A DNA stretch of 64,000 nt from Squalus acanthias. Taxonomy: Eukaryota. Every line of letters starts with the position of its first letter. Position 1 is the first letter of the stretch. Under the pieces are notes generated by a model. That model had not been told where the DNA came from, did not search any database, and was given only the letters and a program-made list of their open reading frames with translations. Positions 60,263-64,000 of the stretch are shown one piece after another. The stretch covers positions 45,570,001 to 45,634,000 of the forward strand of contig CM059434.1 of NCBI GenBank assembly GCA_030390025.1, given 5' to 3'. A program made the translations under genes and the position numbers.

Positions 60263-63200
60263 ACCGGAGCTGAGCGGCGGACCTGCGAGAGGCACAGAGT
60301 CAGCGAGAGGAGGATAAAAGTAGCGCGGAGAGGAGGCCTGGGACCGGAGCTGAGCGGCGGACCTGTGAGAGGCACAGAGTCAGCGAGAGGAACTCAGCAC
60401 AGGAGTGACGTCAGAATTCAGAAGTGAGGTGGTCAGAGGGGAGCTGATTGGTGAGTAGCTGGTGGGTATTTTCTGTTAAGTTTTTTGTTCAGTTTTAAGT
60501 GTATTTCTGCTGAGTAGTTCATAGCCCATTACTAGAGGGAGAGCGCTCATTGGTGAGTTGCAGGTGAGTGTTTTTGTTAAGTTTTTAAGTTTATTTTGCG
60601 GGCTTTTTTACAGGGGCCAGTGTCAGGAGCGGAGAGAGCAGCAGCACTGTGAGTAGTTAAACTCACTTTCGCGGGCTTTTTTGCAGAGGCCAGTGTCGGG
60701 AGCGGAGAGAGCAGCAGCACTGTGAGTAGTTAAACTCACTTTCGCGGGCTTTTTTGCAGAGGCCAGTATCGGGAGAGGAGAGAGCAGCAGCACAGTGAGT
60801 AGTTAAACTCACTTTCATGGGCTTTTTACAGAGGCCAGTGTCGGGAAAGGGCCCTTGAGTATATCATTTAATTGAAGTGAAATTGGTGGGATTAATTTAA
60901 TTTAATTTTAATTAATTAATTAAAAGGTAAGTCATGGCAGGAGAGCTCCGCCCCGTGATATGCTCCTCCTGCTATATGTGGGAAATCAGGGACGCTTCCT
61001 GTGTCCCTGACAACCATGTGTGTGGGAAGTGTATCCAGCTGCAGCTACTGATAGACCGCATTGCGGCACTGAAGCTGCGGATGGATGCATATTGGAGCAT
61101 TTGTGATGCTGAGAACATCGTGGATAGCACATTTAGCGAGTTGGTCACACCGCAGGCAAAGGGTGTACAGGCAGGAAGTGAATGGGTGACCACCAGGCAG
61201 AGTAAGAGGTGCAGGCAGGTAGTGCAAGGGTCCCCTGTGGCCATCCCCCTCTTAAACAGATATACCACTTTGGATACTGTTGGGGGGGATGACTTATCAG
61301 GGGAAGGCAGCAGCAGCCAACTTCCTGGCACCATGGGTGGCTCTGCTGCACAGGCTGGGAGGAAAAAGTGTGGAAGAGCTATAGTGATAGGGGACTCAAT
61401 TGTAACGGGAATAGATAGGCGTTTCTGCGGCCGCAAGCGAGACTCCAGGATGGTGTGTTGCCTCCCTGGTGCAAGGGTCAAGGACGTCTCGGAGCGGTTA
61501 CAGAACATTTTGGAGGGGGAGGGCGAACAGCCAGTTGTCGTGGTGCACATAGGCATCAACGATATAGGTAAAAAACGGGATGAGGTCCTAAAAGCAGAAT
61601 ATAGGGAGTTAGGAGGTAAATTAAAAAATAGGACCTCAAAGGTAGTAATCTCAGGATTGCTACCAGTGCCACGTGCTAGTCAGAGTAGAAATAGGAGGAT
61701 ATTTCAAATGAATACGTGGCTAGAGGAATGGTGCAAGCGGGAGGGATTCAAATTCCTTGGACATTGGAACCGGTTCTGGGGGAAGGTAGGACCAGTACAA
61801 ACGGGACGGTCTGCACCTGGGCAGGGCCGGGACCGATGTCCTAGGGGGAGTGTTTGCTAGTGCTGTTGGGGAGGGTTTAAACTAAAGTGGCAGGGGGTTG
61901 GGAACCTGAACAGGGAGACAGAGGAAAGGGAAACAAGGATAAAAGCAAAAGACAGGAAGGAGAAAAACAAAAGTAGAAGGCAAAGAACTCAACGGTTTAA
62001 ATCAAACATGGTCACAGTAAATAATAATTCATATAGGTCTGAGAGCGTTAAAAAAACAAGCCTGAAGGCTTTGTGTCTTAATGCAAGGAGCATTCGGAAC
62101 AAGGTGGATGAATTAGCTGCGCAAATAGAGGTAAATGAATACGATTTGATTGGGATTACAGAAACATGGCTTCAGGGTGGCCAAGGATGGGAACTCAACA
62201 TCCAGGGGTATTCAATATTTAGGAAAGATAGGCAAAAAAGAAAGGGAGGTGGGGTAGCATTGCTGGTTAAAGAGGGGATTAACACAATTGAAAGGAAGGA
62301 TATTAGCTCTGATGATACGGAATCTGTATGGGTAGAACTGAGAAATAACAAGGGGCAGAAAACATTAGTGGGAGTGGTATATAGACCTCCAAACAGTAAT
62401 ATGGAGGCTGGGGACAGCATTAAAAGGGAAATTAGAGAAGCATGCAGTAAGGGCACAGCAGTCATCATGGGTGACTTTAATTTACATATAGATTGGGCTA
62501 ACCAAATTAGTAAAAATACTGCGGAGGAGGAATTCCTAGAATGTTTACGGGATGGTTTTCTGGAACAATATGTCGATGAACCAACCAGAGATCAGGCCAT
62601 CTTAGACTGGCTATTATGTAATGAGAAAGGATTAATTAGCAATCTTGTTGTACGAGGCCCCTTGGGTCAGAGTGATCATAATATGATAGAATTCTTCATT
62701 AGGATGGAGAGTGAAGTAGTTGAATCAGAGACTAGGGTCCTGAATTTAAATAAAGGAAACTACGATGGTATGAGGCGCGAATTGGGTAGGATTGATTGGG
62801 GAATGTCACTCAAAGGGTTGACGGTTGATAGGCAACATTCAAAGACTGCACGGATGAACTACAGAATTTGTTCATCCCAGTGTGGTATAAGAATAAAACA
62901 AAAAGGGTGACTCAACCATGGCTAACAAGGGAAATTAGGGATAGCATAAGACCCAAGGAGAGGGCATATAAATTGGCCAGAAAAAGCGGTAACACTGAGG
63001 ATTGGGAGCAGTTTAGGATTCAACAAAGGAGGACAAAGGGATTAATTAAGAAGGGGAAAATAGAATATTAAAGTAAGCTTGCAGGGAACATAACAACTGA
63101 CTGTAAGAGCTTTTATAGATATGTGAGGAGAAAAAGATTAGTGAAATCAAGTGTAGGTCTTTTGCAGTCAGAAGCGGGGGAAGTTATAATGGGGAACAAA

Positions 63201-64000
63201 GAAATGGCAGACCAATTAAATGCATATTTTGGTTCTGTCTTCACAAAGGAGGACACAAATAACCTCCCAGAGATGTTGGAGAACATACGGTCTGATGAAA
63301 GGAAGGAACTGAAAGAAATCAGTATTTGCAGGGAAATGGTGTTAGGGAAATTGACAGGATTGAAGGCCGATAAATCCCCAGGGCCTGATAATCTACATCC
63401 AAGGGTACTTAAGGAAGTGGCCCTGGAAATAGTAGATGCATTGCTGATCATCTTCCAACATTCGATGGAATCTGGAACTGTACCCATGGATTGGAGGGTA
63501 GCTAATGTTACCCCACTATTCAAAAAGGGTGGTAGAGAGAAAGCGGGGAATTACAGTTGGTAAGCCTGACATCGGTAGTGGGGAAAATGCTAGAGTCCAT
63601 TATAAAGGATGTAATAGCTGAGCACTTGAAAAACAGTGACAGGATCGGACAAAGTCAACATGGATTTACAAAAGGTAAATCGTGCTTGACTAATCTACTG
63701 GAATTTTTTGAGGATGTAACTGGGAAAATAGATAAGGGAGAACCAGTAGATGTGGTGTATTTGGACTTTCAGAAGGCTTTCGATAAGGTCCCAGCATAAG
63801 AGATTAGCGTGTAAAGTTAAGGCACATGGGATTGGGGGCAAGGTATTGACTTGGAAAGAGAACTGGTTGGCGGACAGAAAGCAGAGAGTAGGAATTAATG
63901 GGTCTTTTTCCGAGTGGCAGGCAGTGACTAGTGGGGTACCGCAGGGTTCGGTCCTTGGACCCCAGCTATTCACAATATACATTAATGATCTGGATAAGGG
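60263..64000 (+). mobile_element. CR1 LINE with 5'UTR, ORF1 (zinc finger + SGNH esterase) and ORF2 (APE-RT), running off the window
   Basis: ORF1 60934 CxxC..CxxC, VIGDS, HIGIND, DGLH (after a frameshift ~61785); ORF2 CLNARS, ITETWL, MGDFN, SDH, then RT; several frameshifts and stops. Confidence 0.95.
60595..60846 (+). repeat. 73-bp tandem repeat (~3.4 units) in the CR1 5'UTR
   Basis: CACTGT/CACAGT-GAGTAGTTAAACTCAC recurs at 60645, 60718 and 60791. Confidence 0.9.

Noticed and set aside
60595-60846. CRISPR-like array
   Set aside because: Eukaryotic context; whole units repeat with no unique spacers

Overview
Repeat-rich vertebrate genomic DNA. The repeat families (CR1, L2, Penelope, tRNA-derived SINEs, Harbinger-like MITEs) suggest a cartilaginous fish; this is inference, not a database result. 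There is a 500-N assembly gap at 1487-1986. The main host gene is on the + strand (12721-39123) with 11 recognisable coding exons joined by phase-1 GT-AG introns; no leader exon was found. It encodes a B7-H6/NCR3LG1-like IgV + IgC1 ectodomain and a transmembrane helix ending YRKLKK. After the TM it continues into seven more C1-like Ig domains and an acidic tyrosine micro-exon (~810 aa), i.e. an apparent cytoplasmic Ig array. Five of those seven domains have lost one cysteine of the canonical disulfide. The first post-TM exon carries a 1-nt frameshift and is bracketed by an inverted pair of MITEs. Downstream is a decayed endogenous retrovirus (LTR, PBS, gag, pro-RT-tether-RNaseH-IN, env; ~42.9-53.6 kb) whose Env looks F-protein-like, suggesting a lokiretrovirus-type element. 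The window also has Penelope fragments with hammerhead ribozyme motifs and a nested, head-to-head CR1 cluster (54-64 kb). All calls come from manual reading of the sequence and the ORF track; repeat boundaries are approximate.
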